DNA from: an uncultured Chloroflexia bacterium
Lineage (GTDB): Bacteria > Chloroflexota > Limnocylindria > QHBO01
Assembly (NCBI GenBank): GCA_963789435.1
Contig: CAWBKO010000009.1
Span: 259,277-323,276, forward strand
Direction: 5' to 3'
DNA: 64,000 nucleotides
Shown: piece after piece, positions 10,334-20,851 of the stretch
Numbering within the stretch: position 1 is the first letter of the stretch
How the letters are laid out: each line of letters starts with the position of its first letter
Made by a program: the position numbers and the translations under genes
Notes under the pieces: model-generated
Told to the model about the DNA's origin: nothing
Databases searched by the model: none
Seen by the model: only the letters and a program-made list of their open reading frames with translations

Positions 10334-11368
10334 TCAGCCGGTGCCGTGCGAGGCCGCCCATGCCAGGAGCTCGTCTGCTGCGAGCGTGTTGACGACCATC
10401 GGAGCAGTCACCCCGCACAGGAACGCCCGCTCGCAGCCGTTGCCCAGCCAGAACAGCTGTCCGGGCGCGTGGGCATCCGAGTCGATCGAGACCCGACAGC
10501 CGGCCTCCACCGCAAGCCGCAAGAGCCGCTTCGGCGGATCCAGGCGCTCGGGCCGCGAGTTGATCTCGATCGCCTTGTCGAATCGTGCGGCGGCGGCAAA
10601 GACGAGCTCAGGGTCGAAGGCGGACGGTGGACGGGTTCGCTTCCCGGTCTTCATGCGGCCGGTGCAGTGGCCGAGGATGTCGAGGTTCGGGTTCGCGAGC
10701 GCGGTCACCATGCGCACGGTCATTGCGCGCTCCTCGGAGCGCAGTGCCGAATGGACGCTGCCAACGACAACGTCGAGCTGGGCGAGCAGCTCGGGCTCCT
10801 GGTCGAGCGAGCCGTCCTCGTTGATGTCGACCTCGATCCCGGTGAGCAGACGAAACGGGCTGAGCTCGGCATTGAGAGCCGCAATCTCCTCGAGCTGGGC
10901 GCGCAGGCGCTCCGGCGACAGGCCGTTTGCCACCGTCAGCCGCGGGGAGTGGTCGGTGATGGCGACATAGGCGTGCCCGAGCTCGATGGCGGATTCGGCC
11001 ATCTCACGGATGCTTGCGCCGCCGTCGGAGGCCTCGGTGTGGACGTGACAGTCGCCGCGCAGCGCCGCGCGCAGCTCCGCGGCGCCCTCTGCCAGCGGCG
11101 TCGCGCCGACCGCCTCGAGGCGGCGCAGGTACACCGGCTCCTCACCGCGCAGGCTCTCGAGGATCGTCCGCTCCGTGACCTCGCCGATGCCGGCCAGCTC
11201 GCGCAGCGTGCCCGCGGCGGCCCGCTTCGCGAGCTCCCCGGGGTCCAGCCGGCCCAGCGAAGCGGCCGCGCTCCGGAAGGCGCGCACGCGGTAGCCCGGC
11301 TCCTGGGCCGCCTCCAGCAGGAAGCCGATCCGCTTCAGGTCGACGATCGGATCACGTGGTTCGGGCAT
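10334..11368 (-). CDS. PHP-domain phosphoesterase with N-terminal HhH-like region (PolX-C-terminal-like)
   Basis: CHVHTEASDGGASIREM..AITDHSP..GIEVDI..VVGSVHS..ILGHCTG..SIDSDAH metal-ligand motifs of the PHP fold. Confidence 0.8.
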   Translation of the reverse strand: MPEPRDPIVDLKRIGFLLEAAQEPGYRVRAFRSAAASLGRLDPGELAKRAAAGTLRELAGIGEVTERTILESLRGEEPVYLRRLEAVGATPLAEGAAELRAALRGDCHVHTEASDGGASIREMAESAIELGHAYVAITDHSPRLTVANGLSPERLRAQLEEIAALNAELSPFRLLTGIEVDINEDGSLDQEPELLAQLDVVVGSVHSALRSEERAMTVRMVTALANPNLDILGHCTGRMKTGKRTRPPSAFDPELVFAAAARFDKAIEINSRPERLDPPKRLLRLAVEAGCRVSIDSDAHAPGQLFWLGNGCERAFLCGVTAPMVVNTLAADELLAWAASHGTG

Positions 11369-11374
11369 CGAGCG

Positions 11375-12313
11375 TCAGGGGATGGCCAGGATCCGCGCCG
11401 GGTTGTCGATCGTCATCTGTCGGATCTCGCCCTCCCCGACCGCGGCCGTGCGGAGGGTGGGCAGGAAGTGCTGCTGGAGGTAGACGTAGCCGAAGCCGCC
11501 GTTGGCCTTGAGCTGGCGGTTGTGACAGACGTCCTGGCTGAGGAGCACCTGATCGGCGAACCCGCGCTCGAGCAGCTCCACGATCGTCTCCACGAGGCGC
11601 GGCTCGAGCGCCTCCTCGGTCCCGAACCGGTGGCCGAGGAAGTCGAACTGCAGGTTCGCGCCGGCGGCGATGACCGACAGGTAGTAGTCCAGGTTGTGAT
11701 ACGAGTCGGCGTGACCGATCACGACGCGCGCTGGGTCGACGCCTTCCTCGGTGAAGATGCGCAGCTGCGCCAGGCCGACTGGCGACTGGACGCCATGGGT
11801 GGTGATCGCCATTCCGGTCCGCTTCGACGCCCGGGCGGCTGCTCGGTGGACACGCTCCTCGCGGGCGCTGACCCATGGCTTGTCGGTGCCGATCTCGCCG
11901 ATGATTCCCGGCCGGATACCGCCGGCACCGATGCCGTCCTCCAGCTCGCGGACCATCTCGGCCGCAAGGTCGTCGACGCTGCGCCGGTCGATGAGCGCCT
12001 CCGCCGGGTAGTACGCCTCCCGGTACCAGCCGGTGCCCATCACGATGTTCACGCCCGAGGCGCTGGCCAGGCGACGGAGCCGATCGGGATCGCGACCGAC
12101 GCCCGGCGGCGTGAGGTCCACCAGCGATCCGCCGCCGCGCCGGCGGAATTCCCGGAGCTCCTCGATGATGAGGTCGTCGTCGGGCGTGAGCTCCCAGTAG
12201 TCCCATCGGTTCGCGATGTGCCACAGGCTGATGCCGGTGTGCTCGTGTGGGAGCGTGAAGCCGAGCTTCTCGGGCGGGATCGGTCCGGAGACGGTCATGA
12301 CGCGCGGCGCCAT
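11375..12313 (-). CDS. phosphotriesterase-related (PHP/PTE family) amidohydrolase
   Basis: GFTLPHEHTGISL..GIIGEIGTD..AITTHG..VVIGHAD..LLSQDVC: binuclear-metal TIM-barrel hydrolase motifs. Start chosen at MAPRVMTVSG. Confidence 0.8.
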   Translation of the reverse strand: MAPRVMTVSGPIPPEKLGFTLPHEHTGISLWHIANRWDYWELTPDDDLIIEELREFRRRGGGSLVDLTPPGVGRDPDRLRRLASASGVNIVMGTGWYREAYYPAEALIDRRSVDDLAAEMVRELEDGIGAGGIRPGIIGEIGTDKPWVSAREERVHRAAARASKRTGMAITTHGVQSPVGLAQLRIFTEEGVDPARVVIGHADSYHNLDYYLSVIAAGANLQFDFLGHRFGTEEALEPRLVETIVELLERGFADQVLLSQDVCHNRQLKANGGFGYVYLQQHFLPTLRTAAVGEGEIRQMTIDNPARILAIP

Positions 12314-12473
12314 CGGAGCCCTCCTCGCGATGCGGTGACGCGTCGGTCGGTCGATCATCGGCCCGCCGGCGCATCGGTCTGAAATGGGTGCGGTCCATCT
12401 TGCCACCGCGGACCATTGACAGGACACCTATGCTTGGTCCCTCGGACTCCGATGTAGCAGGTGACCAACCTCG

Positions 12474-12809
12474 ATGCCGAAGCTCGATCTCCTCAAGGGC
12501 ACACTGCCGCTCCTCGTCCTGAGCGTCCTGCGCGAGGAGGAGCTGTACGGCTATGAGATCGCCCAGCGCATCCGGGACCGGAGCGGCGACCTGTTCGCCC
12601 CGAGCGAGGGCTCGCTGTACCCAACCCTCCATCGGCTCGAACGAGACGGCGCCCTCGCTGCCACCTGGCGCGCGAGCGAGCGCGGTCCGCGCCGCCGCTA
12701 CTACGCCATCACCCCGTCCGGCGAGGCCCTCTTCGCCGACGCATCACGCGAGTGGGATGCGGTCAGCACCGGTGTCAGCCGCATGGCACGGGCCGCACAC
12801 CATGGCTGA
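12474..12809 (+). CDS. PadR family transcriptional regulator
   Basis: LLKGTLPLLVLSVLREEELYGYEIAQRIRDRSGDLFAPSEGSLYPTLHRLERDG..RRYYAITPSG. Confidence 0.9.
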   Translation: MPKLDLLKGTLPLLVLSVLREEELYGYEIAQRIRDRSGDLFAPSEGSLYPTLHRLERDGALAATWRASERGPRRRYYAITPSGEALFADASREWDAVSTGVSRMARAAHHG

Positions 12810-14032
12810 GGACCCACGCATCCGCTACCTCGGCGAGCTGGATGACTCGCTGCCGATGCCGCTCGAGCGACGCGCCGAGCTGATCGAAGAGATCAACGCC
12901 CATCTCGACGATGCCGTTGCCGAGCGCCTCGAGCACGGAGACACGCCGGACGTCGCGGAGATGCACGCACAGACGCGCCTCGGTTCGCCGAGCGATCTCG
13001 CGCGAGATCTCGCTCGACCCGAGCAGTCGGCTTGGCGGCTCCTTGCCGCGGTGGGCGCGGGTGTCCGCATGGGCGTCGGCCAATGGATCTACGGCTTCCT
13101 GCTCGGCTGGCTGATGTTGCTCCTGGGTGTCTACGCCCTCGCCGCCATCGTGCAGCTGGCCACGCGCCTGTTCGAGCACGGGCTGGACGGTCCAGTTCAC
13201 CGACCAGGGCTGGAACACGCTGATCACGAGCGGGGCGTTCGGCTTCGGGCTCTACTTCGCCGGACGCGCGGTGCCCCGAACGATGAGCGTGGCCAGCCGC
13301 AGGCCCGTCGACGAGCTCCGGCTGTGGGTTGCGACCATCGGCACGGCAGCCACCTTCGTCCTCTTCTTCTTCGTCATCGAGATGCCGCTGAACTGGGCAA
13401 GCGCCATCGGGATGGGCGCGGTGCCAGTCGCATTTGGCCTCGGCGTCTATCGGCCGCACCTCCTGCCGGGCCACGTGCGATCGTGGGTCCTCGTCCTCGT
13501 CGGCGCGCTCGTGCTCGTCCCGTTGCTGGGCCTGATGGTCGCGGGCGCCGGCACCGGCTCGAGCGGCAGCGTCGGGGAGGCCGGCGGCGAATTGCAGGAC
13601 CGCGGCCTTGGGATGGTCGGACCATGGTGGGTGGACCCCATGGCCGGCGACGAGCCCGTGCTCTGGAACATCCGGCTCGGCGACCCGCTGGGCTCGGGGG
13701 AGCCATACGAATGGGAGCTGAACGGAGACGCGGCGCTCGCCGGGCTGAGCGGCCTCCGCGTGGAAGCCTGGCGTGTCGTGATCGGGACGACCGCGCGACT
13801 CGACCCCGGCCACCGCGAGCCATTCGCGACGGCGCCGATGGAGCGAGACGGGCGCACGCTGACCGCATCGCTCGACACCAGCAGCACGCCGGGCACTGAT
13901 GCCTGGGAGCTCATCGTGACCGGGGTCGGCGACGACGGGACGCGCTACATCCTCGACGCCGGCACGATCCTCAACAGCACGTTCCATGGAACCGCGTGGG
14001 ACTGGCTGGTCGCGGTCGGCGCGGCGCGATGA
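12802..14032 (+). pseudogene. PadR-associated membrane protein (DUF1700/HAAS-like N-terminus plus large extracytoplasmic domain); frame break near 13175
   Basis: Overlaps the padR stop. MAEDPRIRYLGELDDSLPMPLERRAELIEEINAHLDDAV, then TM helices. The continuation TGWTVQFTDQGWNTLITSGAFGFGLYFAG... is in the +1 frame. Confidence 0.6.
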
Positions 14033-14205
14033 TACGGAGCCGCTCGGCCGAAACCGGTCTCGCAGTCTTCTCGGTTCTCATGGTCCTGTCGGGCGTCGCC
14101 GGCATCGTGGTGGGTGGCACATCGGCATCCGCGGGCTGGTGGCTCGTCGTCGTCGGCAGCGCGCTGTTCGTCGCCGTCACGGTGTACGGCCGCCGCGCTG
14201 CGTGA
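14029..14205 (+). CDS. small two-TM membrane protein (hypothetical)
   Basis: ATGA overlap with the upstream gene. MIRSRSAETGLAVFSVLMVLSGVAGIVVGG..WWLVVVGSALFVAVTVYG. Confidence 0.3.
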   Translation: MIRSRSAETGLAVFSVLMVLSGVAGIVVGGTSASAGWWLVVVGSALFVAVTVYGRRAA

Positions 14206-14275
14206 CCGCATTGCGCCGCAGGCATCGGCGCAATCTCCGCCGAGGCGCTTGCACGGCGCGCTAGCCTAAGGCCCG

Positions 14276-15547
14276 ATGGCAACCTCCAAACCCGGGACAG
14301 GCATGGCGAACGGGATCTGGGCCACGACGCAGGGCGAGCTGGACGCCGCGGCCGAGCGCCTTCACCTCGATCCCGCGATGCACAAGGTCCTCCGCGTGCC
14401 GAAGCGTGAGCTGGCGGTCAACTTCCCCGTCACCCACGACGACGGACGGGTCGACGTCTATGCCGGCTACCGCGTCCACCACAACGTCAATCGCGGTCCG
14501 GTGTCGGGCGGCGTGCGCTACGTGCCGAACCTCGATCTCGACGAGGTGCGTGCGCTCGCAATGCTCAACACCTGGAAGGCCGCGCTGGTGAAGATCCCGT
14601 TCGGCGGCGCGGCCGGCGGCGTCCGCGTCAACCCCCGCCGGCTGAGCGAGAACGAGCGCCAGGGCCTGACACGCCGCTACGCGACCGAGATCAGCGTGCT
14701 GCTCGGCCCGGACAGCGACATTCCGTCGCCCGACGTGAACACCGGCTCCCAGACGATGGCCTGGATCATGGACACGCTCTCGATGCATCAGGGCCACACG
14801 GTCGCCGCATCGGTGATCGGGAAGCCGTTGGCCATCGGCGGCACGCGCGGGCGTCGGAGTGCCACCGCCCGGGGCGCGCTGCGCTGCATCGCAGCCGCGG
14901 CGAAGGCAAGTGATCGCGACCTCACGGGAGCACGCGTCGTCGTCCAGGGCTTCGGACGGGTTGGCATGACCCTGGCGGAGGAGCTGGCGGCTGCCGGGGC
15001 ATCGATCGTCGGCCTCGGAGACGATCGCGACGCGGTCGGGAACCCCCAGGGCATCGACGTGCCCGCGGCGGTGCGCTGGATGCGCGAGCACGATGCCATT
15101 CGCGATCTGCCCGGCGCCGAGCCGATGACCAAGGCGGAGCTGTTTGGCATGGACTGCGACGTCGTTGCGCTTGCCGGACTCCAGGGTGAGATCACGGACG
15201 CCAATGCCGATGCGGTCCGCGCTCCGCTGGTTGCCGAGGTCGCGAACGGCGGAACGACGCCGGCCGCGGACCTGATCCTCGCGGATCGAGGCATCGCCGT
15301 GATCCCCGACATCATCTGCAGCTCCGGCGGCACCGTCCTCGGCTACTTCGAGTGGGTCCAGGACATGCAGGCCTTCTTCTGGAGCGAGGCGGAGATCACC
15401 GACCAGCTGGATCGGATCGTGGACGAGGCGATGGCCGAGGTGCAGGCCATGGCCGCCGCCGAACGCGTTGACCTGCGTGGGGCCGGAATGATGGTGGCCG
15501 TCGCGCGTGTCGCCGATGCGACCACCCTCAGGGGACTCTACCCATGA
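14276..15547 (+). CDS. Glu/Leu/Phe/Val dehydrogenase family protein (glutamate dehydrogenase homologue) with the catalytic Lys replaced by Ala
   Basis: Intact 423 aa. NTWKAALVKIPFGGAAGGVRVNP, DIPSPDVNTG, VIGKPLAIGGTRGR, VVVQGFGRVG, ANGGTTP, GYFEWVQ. The family signature GG[SAG]K reads GGAA (codon GCC at 14612-14614). Confidence 0.85.
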   Translation: MATSKPGTGMANGIWATTQGELDAAAERLHLDPAMHKVLRVPKRELAVNFPVTHDDGRVDVYAGYRVHHNVNRGPVSGGVRYVPNLDLDEVRALAMLNTWKAALVKIPFGGAAGGVRVNPRRLSENERQGLTRRYATEISVLLGPDSDIPSPDVNTGSQTMAWIMDTLSMHQGHTVAASVIGKPLAIGGTRGRRSATARGALRCIAAAAKASDRDLTGARVVVQGFGRVGMTLAEELAAAGASIVGLGDDRDAVGNPQGIDVPAAVRWMREHDAIRDLPGAEPMTKAELFGMDCDVVALAGLQGEITDANADAVRAPLVAEVANGGTTPAADLILADRGIAVIPDIICSSGGTVLGYFEWVQDMQAFFWSEAEITDQLDRIVDEAMAEVQAMAAAERVDLRGAGMMVAVARVADATTLRGLYP

Positions 15548-15659
15548 TCGGTGGACGGTCCCCGCACGTTCTGGCGCGGATCATGCGACGATACGCATCA
15601 GCCGTACCTGTTCTGCACCGTGATTCCGCGGGGCGCCGGCAACCATCACGGAGCACACG

Positions 15660-16595
15660 ATGACGTCCCCCACGTTCGCACCGCCTCGCGACCTCCTCCT
15701 TGCGCTGGAACCGGCCGCGGAACGGATGCTGAACCGGCACCTCGAGATGGCCAAGGAGTGGTTCCCCCACGACTTCATCCCCTACTCGATGGGCCGCGAC
15801 TTCGACAAGGAGCCGTGGACGCCCGATCAGCCCCGCATCAGCGGCGTGGCCCAGATCGCGTTCGAGGTCAACCTTCTGACCGAGGACAACCTGCCGAGCT
15901 ACCACCGCGAGATCCATCGCATGTTCGGCGCGGGTGACGGCGCCTGGATCAACTGGGTGAACCGATGGACCGCCGAGGAGGGCCGGCACGCCATCGTGCT
16001 GCGCGACTACCTCATCGTGACCCGCAACATCGACCCGATCGCGATCGAGCGCGGCCGCATGAACCAGCTGCAGATCGCGTACAACCACAACGACGACGGC
16101 AACGTGCTGCGTGGCCTGGCGTACGTCGCGTTCCAGGAGCTGGCGACTCGGATCAGCCACCGCAACACCGGCCGCTACTCGTCCGATCCGGTCGCGGACA
16201 AGATCATGACCCGCATCGCTGCCGACGAGAACCTGCACATGGTCTTCTACCGCGACATGCTCTCGGAGGCCATGAAGGTCGACCCGAACGCCGCGGTCCA
16301 CGCCATCGCCGACGAGATCGCCGACTTCCAGATGCCGGGCGCCGGGATGGTCAATTTCACGCGCAAGGCCGCGCAGATGGCGAAGGCCGGCATCTACGAC
16401 CTGCGCGTCCATCACGACGAGGTCATCCTGCCGCTGCTCAAGCACTGGGGCGTGTTCGAGCTCACCAACCTGGATCCCTCGGCCGAGGCACGCCGCGACG
16501 AGCTCAGCCGATTCATGGCCGATCTGGACGCGTCAGCCTCCCGGTTCGAGGCGAAGCGCGCCGTCAGCCTCGAGCGCGACGCGAACCGCGGGTAA
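15660..16595 (+). CDS. acyl-ACP (stearoyl-ACP-type) desaturase, DesA1/DesA2-like
   Basis: Di-iron motifs EDNLPSY, WTAEEGRHAIVL, FQELATRISHRN, AADENLHMVFY. Confidence 0.85.
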   Translation: MTSPTFAPPRDLLLALEPAAERMLNRHLEMAKEWFPHDFIPYSMGRDFDKEPWTPDQPRISGVAQIAFEVNLLTEDNLPSYHREIHRMFGAGDGAWINWVNRWTAEEGRHAIVLRDYLIVTRNIDPIAIERGRMNQLQIAYNHNDDGNVLRGLAYVAFQELATRISHRNTGRYSSDPVADKIMTRIAADENLHMVFYRDMLSEAMKVDPNAAVHAIADEIADFQMPGAGMVNFTRKAAQMAKAGIYDLRVHHDEVILPLLKHWGVFELTNLDPSAEARRDELSRFMADLDASASRFEAKRAVSLERDANRG

Positions 16596-16763
16596 CGTTC
16601 GTCTGAGACAGGCGCCGGAACAGCCGCACGAGCAGCCACCCGATCAGGAATCGGCGAATCAACGCAAACATGGGTGGCCCCAGTGCACCCCGCGTGCCGT
16701 ACCCGTCAGGTGCTGCCCTTCATTGGCTTGCGACGGCATCGGTCTTGCCCGCACACTGCCGCC

Positions 16764-18509
16764 ATGAGTGACCCCAAGCGCTGGCGCGAGCACCAGGACC
16801 GATGGGCGCGCGAGCGCCTCGAGCCCGCCCTCGAGAAGGGCCAGGAGCGCCGACCTCGATTCATCACCCAGTCGGCCGTCGAGATCGATCGGCTCTACAC
16901 CCCATCCGACCTGGCCGACCCTGCCAATGACCCCGACGCCGGCCGTCCGCGCTACCGGTTCAGCCCGTCGGACGGCGAGCCGGCGGGCTGGGACGAGATC
17001 GACGACCTTGGCCTGCCCGGGGAGCCGCCCTTCACGCGCGGCATCCATCCCACCGGCCACCGCGGCCGGCTCTGGACGATGCGCATGTTCGCCGGCTTCG
17101 GCACCGCGGAGGACACCAACGACCGCTTCAAGAAGCTGATCGCGGCGGGTGGCACGGGGCTCTCGATCGCGTACGACATGCCGACCCTGTACGGCTATGA
17201 CCACGACGACGCGATGGCAGAAGGCGAGTTCGGCACCTGCGGGGTGGCGGTCAGCAGCCTGGCCGACATGGAGATCCTGCTCGACGGCCTGCCGGTCGGC
17301 GAGATCAGCACCTCGATGACGATCAACTCCCCCGCGGCCATGATCTGGGCGATGTACATCGTGGCCGCCGAGAAGATGGGCGTGCCGCGCGCCCAGCTGA
17401 CCGGGACGCTCCAGAACGACATCCTCAAGGAGTTCATCGCCCAGAAGGAGTACATCTTCCCGCCGGCGCCGTCCCTCAAGCTGGTCACCGACACCGTCGA
17501 GTGGGGCACCCGCGAGCTGCCGCGCTGGAACACGATCAGCATCAGCGGCTATCACATCCGCGAGGCCGGCTCGACCGCGGTCCAGGAGCTCGCGTTCACC
17601 GTCGCGGATGGCATCGCCTACGTGGAGGACGCCCTCGCGCGCGGACTGCGATTTGACGACTTCGCTCCCCGCCTCTCCTTCTTCTTCAACAGCCATAACG
17701 ACTTCTTCGAGGAGATCGCCAAGTTCCGGGCCGCGCGCCGAATCTGGTACAAGCTCTGCCGCGAGCGCTTCGGCGCCGAGAACGAGCGCAGCACCTGGAT
17801 GCGCTTCCACACCCAGACGGCCGGCGTGTCGCTCACCGCGCAGCAGCCACTCAACAACCTCACCCGGGTCGCGATCCAGGCCCTGGCCGGGGTCCTTGGC
17901 GGAACACAGTCGCTCCATACCGATGCGTACGACGAGGCGTGGGCGGTTCCGAGCGAGGATGCCGCGCTGCTCGCCCTGCGCCAGCAGCAGATCCTTGCCG
18001 AGGAGTCGGGCGTCGCCAACACCGTCGACCCGCTCGGCGGCTCCTACTTCGTGGAGACCCTCACCAACCAGACGGAGCAGCGCGCGTGGGCCTACATCCG
18101 CCAGATCGACGAGATGGGTGGCATGGTTCGCGCCCTCGAGGCCGGCTTCCCGCAGGCTGAGATCGCCGATGCCGCCTACGAGCTGCAGCGCGAGCTCGAG
18201 GCGAAGGAGCGCGAGATCATCGGCGTCACGAAGTTCGCCGACCCCAACGAGGAGCTGACCATCCCGCTGCTCGAGATCAGCGAAGTGCAGGAGCGACGGC
18301 ACCTCGACCGGCTCGCGCGCGTTCGAGCGGAGCGGGACGCATCGGCCCATGCCGCGGCCATGAAACGCCTCGAGGACGAGGCGCGGCAGGGAGACGTCAA
18401 CCTCATGCCGGCCATCGTCGCGGCCGTCGAGGCATACGCGACCATCGGCGAGATGTGCGGCGTGCTGCGAACCGTGTACGGCGAATACCGGGAGCCGCTC
18501 GCCGTCTGA
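16764..18509 (+). CDS. methylmalonyl-CoA mutase family large (catalytic, TIM-barrel) subunit without a B12-binding domain
   Basis: [81 protein letters not shown].. No Rossmann-like DxHxxG C-terminal domain. Confidence 0.85.
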   Translation: MSDPKRWREHQDRWARERLEPALEKGQERRPRFITQSAVEIDRLYTPSDLADPANDPDAGRPRYRFSPSDGEPAGWDEIDDLGLPGEPPFTRGIHPTGHRGRLWTMRMFAGFGTAEDTNDRFKKLIAAGGTGLSIAYDMPTLYGYDHDDAMAEGEFGTCGVAVSSLADMEILLDGLPVGEISTSMTINSPAAMIWAMYIVAAEKMGVPRAQLTGTLQNDILKEFIAQKEYIFPPAPSLKLVTDTVEWGTRELPRWNTISISGYHIREAGSTAVQELAFTVADGIAYVEDALARGLRFDDFAPRLSFFFNSHNDFFEEIAKFRAARRIWYKLCRERFGAENERSTWMRFHTQTAGVSLTAQQPLNNLTRVAIQALAGVLGGTQSLHTDAYDEAWAVPSEDAALLALRQQQILAEESGVANTVDPLGGSYFVETLTNQTEQRAWAYIRQIDEMGGMVRALEAGFPQAEIADAAYELQRELEAKEREIIGVTKFADPNEELTIPLLEISEVQERRHLDRLARVRAERDASAHAAAMKRLEDEARQGDVNLMPAIVAAVEAYATIGEMCGVLRTVYGEYREPLAV

Positions 18510-18744
18510 GAGCTCAGCCGCGGGAGCAGCCGGCGTCGGCAGCGGACCTTCACCGGCGGCGGCCGGCGGCGCGCCGTACGTGGCGAACGGAGGGGGCGAC
18601 GTGGACCGCCGAACCCGGCCGGGACCGTGACCGGCGGCGCAGGGCACGCTCTCCACGCCGCCCCCTCACTGTCCTCCATCATGCACGCCGCCGATTACCA
18701 GCCGCTTACTGAGGCCTTACCACCCGGTATCCTCGTGGCGACCG

Positions 18745-19623
18745 ATGAAGCTCCACCTCGTCGACGCAACCTTCGAGCTCTTCCGCGCCTACTACTCGCG
18801 GCCACCGCGCCGAGCCCCCGACGGCCGGCCGGTGAACGCGGTGCAGGGCCTGATCGACTCGATGCTCTCGCTCCTCCGCGAGCCCGACGTGACCCACATC
18901 GGGGCGGCGACCGACTACGTCATCGAGTCCTGGCGCAACGACCTGTATCCGGGCTACAAGTCGAGCGCCGGGATGGATCCCGCCCTCCTCGCTCAGTTTC
19001 GCGACGCCGAGCGAGCGCTCTCCGCACTCGGCATGCCGGTATGGGCGATGGTCGAGGACGAGGCCGATGACGCCATCGCCGCCGCAGTCGAGCGGTTCGG
19101 CGGCCCCGAGATCGAGCAGGTCATCATCTGCTCGGTCGACAAGGACCTCGGGCAGCTCGTCGACGGGACGCGCGTCGTCCTTCGCGACCGGATGCGTCGT
19201 ATCACCTACGACGAGGCCGGGATCATCGGGAAGTTCGGAATCGAACCGGCGAGCATCCCGGACTACCTCGCGCTGGTCGGCGACAGCAGCGACGGCTTCC
19301 CGGGCCTGCCCGGCTGGGGGGCAAAGAGCGCGGCGGCCGTGCTTGCCCGCTGGAAGCACCTGGATGCCATTCCGGGCTCCGCGCTCGAGTGGGAGGTTCC
19401 GCTGCGGAACGCATCACGGCTGGCTGCCACGCTCGAGCAGGAGCGGGCGAGCGCGATCCTCTTCCGGCGCCTCGCGACCCTCAATCGCGACGCCGACATC
19501 GGCGTGACCTCCAGCCTGGACGACCTCGCCTGGCGCGGCGTGCCGCGCGCGCAGTTCGTGGCCCTCTGCGAGGAGCTCGGCTTCGACACCGTGCGTGAGC
19601 GGGTGCATCGCTGGGCCGATTAG
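18745..19623 (+). CDS. 5'-3' exonuclease / flap endonuclease (Pol I N-terminal-domain-like)
   Basis: LHLVDATFELFRAYY..EADDAIAAA..SVDKDLGQLV..DYLALVGDSSDGFPGLPGWGAKSAA. Confidence 0.85.
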   Translation: MKLHLVDATFELFRAYYSRPPRRAPDGRPVNAVQGLIDSMLSLLREPDVTHIGAATDYVIESWRNDLYPGYKSSAGMDPALLAQFRDAERALSALGMPVWAMVEDEADDAIAAAVERFGGPEIEQVIICSVDKDLGQLVDGTRVVLRDRMRRITYDEAGIIGKFGIEPASIPDYLALVGDSSDGFPGLPGWGAKSAAAVLARWKHLDAIPGSALEWEVPLRNASRLAATLEQERASAILFRRLATLNRDADIGVTSSLDDLAWRGVPRAQFVALCEELGFDTVRERVHRWAD

Positions 19624-19720
19624 GGGTCCGAACCCCAGCGGTCGCGAGCGCCGGAACGGCGCTGACCGGTACTTTTGGTGGGGTGCAGTGTAGTTAGCGC
19701 GTGGATAGGGTGCTGACTCC

Positions 19721-20851
19721 ATGCACCGATCCCCTCGCGTGGCGACCGTGCTCGCCGCGGTCGTCCTTGCCGCACTCCTTGCGCCCGTCGCGACGCCGCC
19801 ACCGATCTCCGCGGCAGGCGAGTGCGGCACCTATCGATCCGAGACGGTCCCGCCGTCGACCATTCGCGTCTACCGCACCGCCAGCGGTGCCGTCGACACG
19901 GTCGACTTCCGGACGTACCTGAAGAACGTCCTCTCGCGAGAGTGGATCAGCTCGTGGACCACGGAGTCGCTCCGCTCCGGTGCCCTGGCCGTGAAGAACT
20001 ACGCCTGGTACCAGGTCATCCACTGGCGTGGGTACGAGAACGTCGCCGGCGCGTGTTTCGACGTATTCGACTCGACGCGCGATCAGCACTACGACCCCAG
20101 CCGGCCCACCTATCCGGCAATGGCGGCGGCGGTCGACGCGACCTGGGGCACGCTCGCGCACAAGGGTGGGCGGATCTTCCCCACCTACTACAACGCCGGC
20201 CAGCCAAACGAGGCATGCGGCGCACGCACCAACGGCTGGCAGATGTTCCAGTGGGGCACACAGGCCTGCGGCCTCGCCGGCAAGAGCGCGGCCCAGATCC
20301 TGGCGATCTACTACTCGGGGGTTGCCGTAAGCGCGGCACCACCTCCGGTGATCCCGCCGCCGCCGGCCACCCCCGTGCCAACCCCGGCGCCGACCGCGAC
20401 ACCGAACCCGACGGCGCCGCCGAGCAACCCCGCGAGCGCTGCACCGTCGCCCGCCCCGGTGCCGACGCAACCCCCGCCGCCGCCATCCACGCCGGCACCG
20501 ACCCATGCACCGCCGCCGATCGCCATGCCCGGCGGCGGCCAGGTCGGCCTCGCGGCGCCACCGCCGCCGCCACCTCCCGACCCTGAGCCAATCGTGGTCG
20601 CTGTCAGTGGCTCGAGCATCGAGGTGGCCGCCGCCGGCGCGCCGCGGCGCCCGGTCGCCGCGACCATCGATCTCGCGGCCATGCAGGACCACGCCGTCGT
20701 CCGATTCGAGCGGCGCGTGGATGCGACAGCCCGTCGATCGGTCGTGACGGCGCGCGCCACGATGCCGGCGACCCTGCGGCTGCTCGTCATGCGCCTCGTG
20801 ATCGAGCGAGCGCTGGCGATGCTCCCCACGCGCATCGGCCCCGGGAGCTAA
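19721..20851 (+). CDS. secreted SpoIID/LytB-domain-like protein with a long Pro-rich linker
   Basis: Signal peptide. FRTYLKNVLSREWISSWTTESLRSGALAVKNYAWYQV..CFDVFDSTRDQHY resembles SpoIID. PPPVIPPPPATPVPTPAPTATPNPTAPP low-complexity tract. Confidence 0.55.
   Translation: MHRSPRVATVLAAVVLAALLAPVATPPPISAAGECGTYRSETVPPSTIRVYRTASGAVDTVDFRTYLKNVLSREWISSWTTESLRSGALAVKNYAWYQVIHWRGYENVAGACFDVFDSTRDQHYDPSRPTYPAMAAAVDATWGTLAHKGGRIFPTYYNAGQPNEACGARTNGWQMFQWGTQACGLAGKSAAQILAIYYSGVAVSAAPPPVIPPPPATPVPTPAPTATPNPTAPPSNPASAAPSPAPVPTQPPPPPSTPAPTHAPPPIAMPGGGQVGLAAPPPPPPPDPEPIVVAVSGSSIEVAAAGAPRRPVAATIDLAAMQDHAVVRFERRVDATARRSVVTARATMPATLRLLVMRLVIERALAMLPTRIGPGS

Noticed and set aside
16596-16763. A possible cobalamin riboswitch upstream of the B12-dependent mutase (GTCAGGTGCTGCC loosely resembles a B12 box).
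   Set aside because: The match to the B12 box is partial and too short. The other conserved cobalamin-riboswitch helices are absent, the region is only about 170 nt, and B12 riboswitches normally control transport or biosynthesis genes rather than B12-dependent enzymes.
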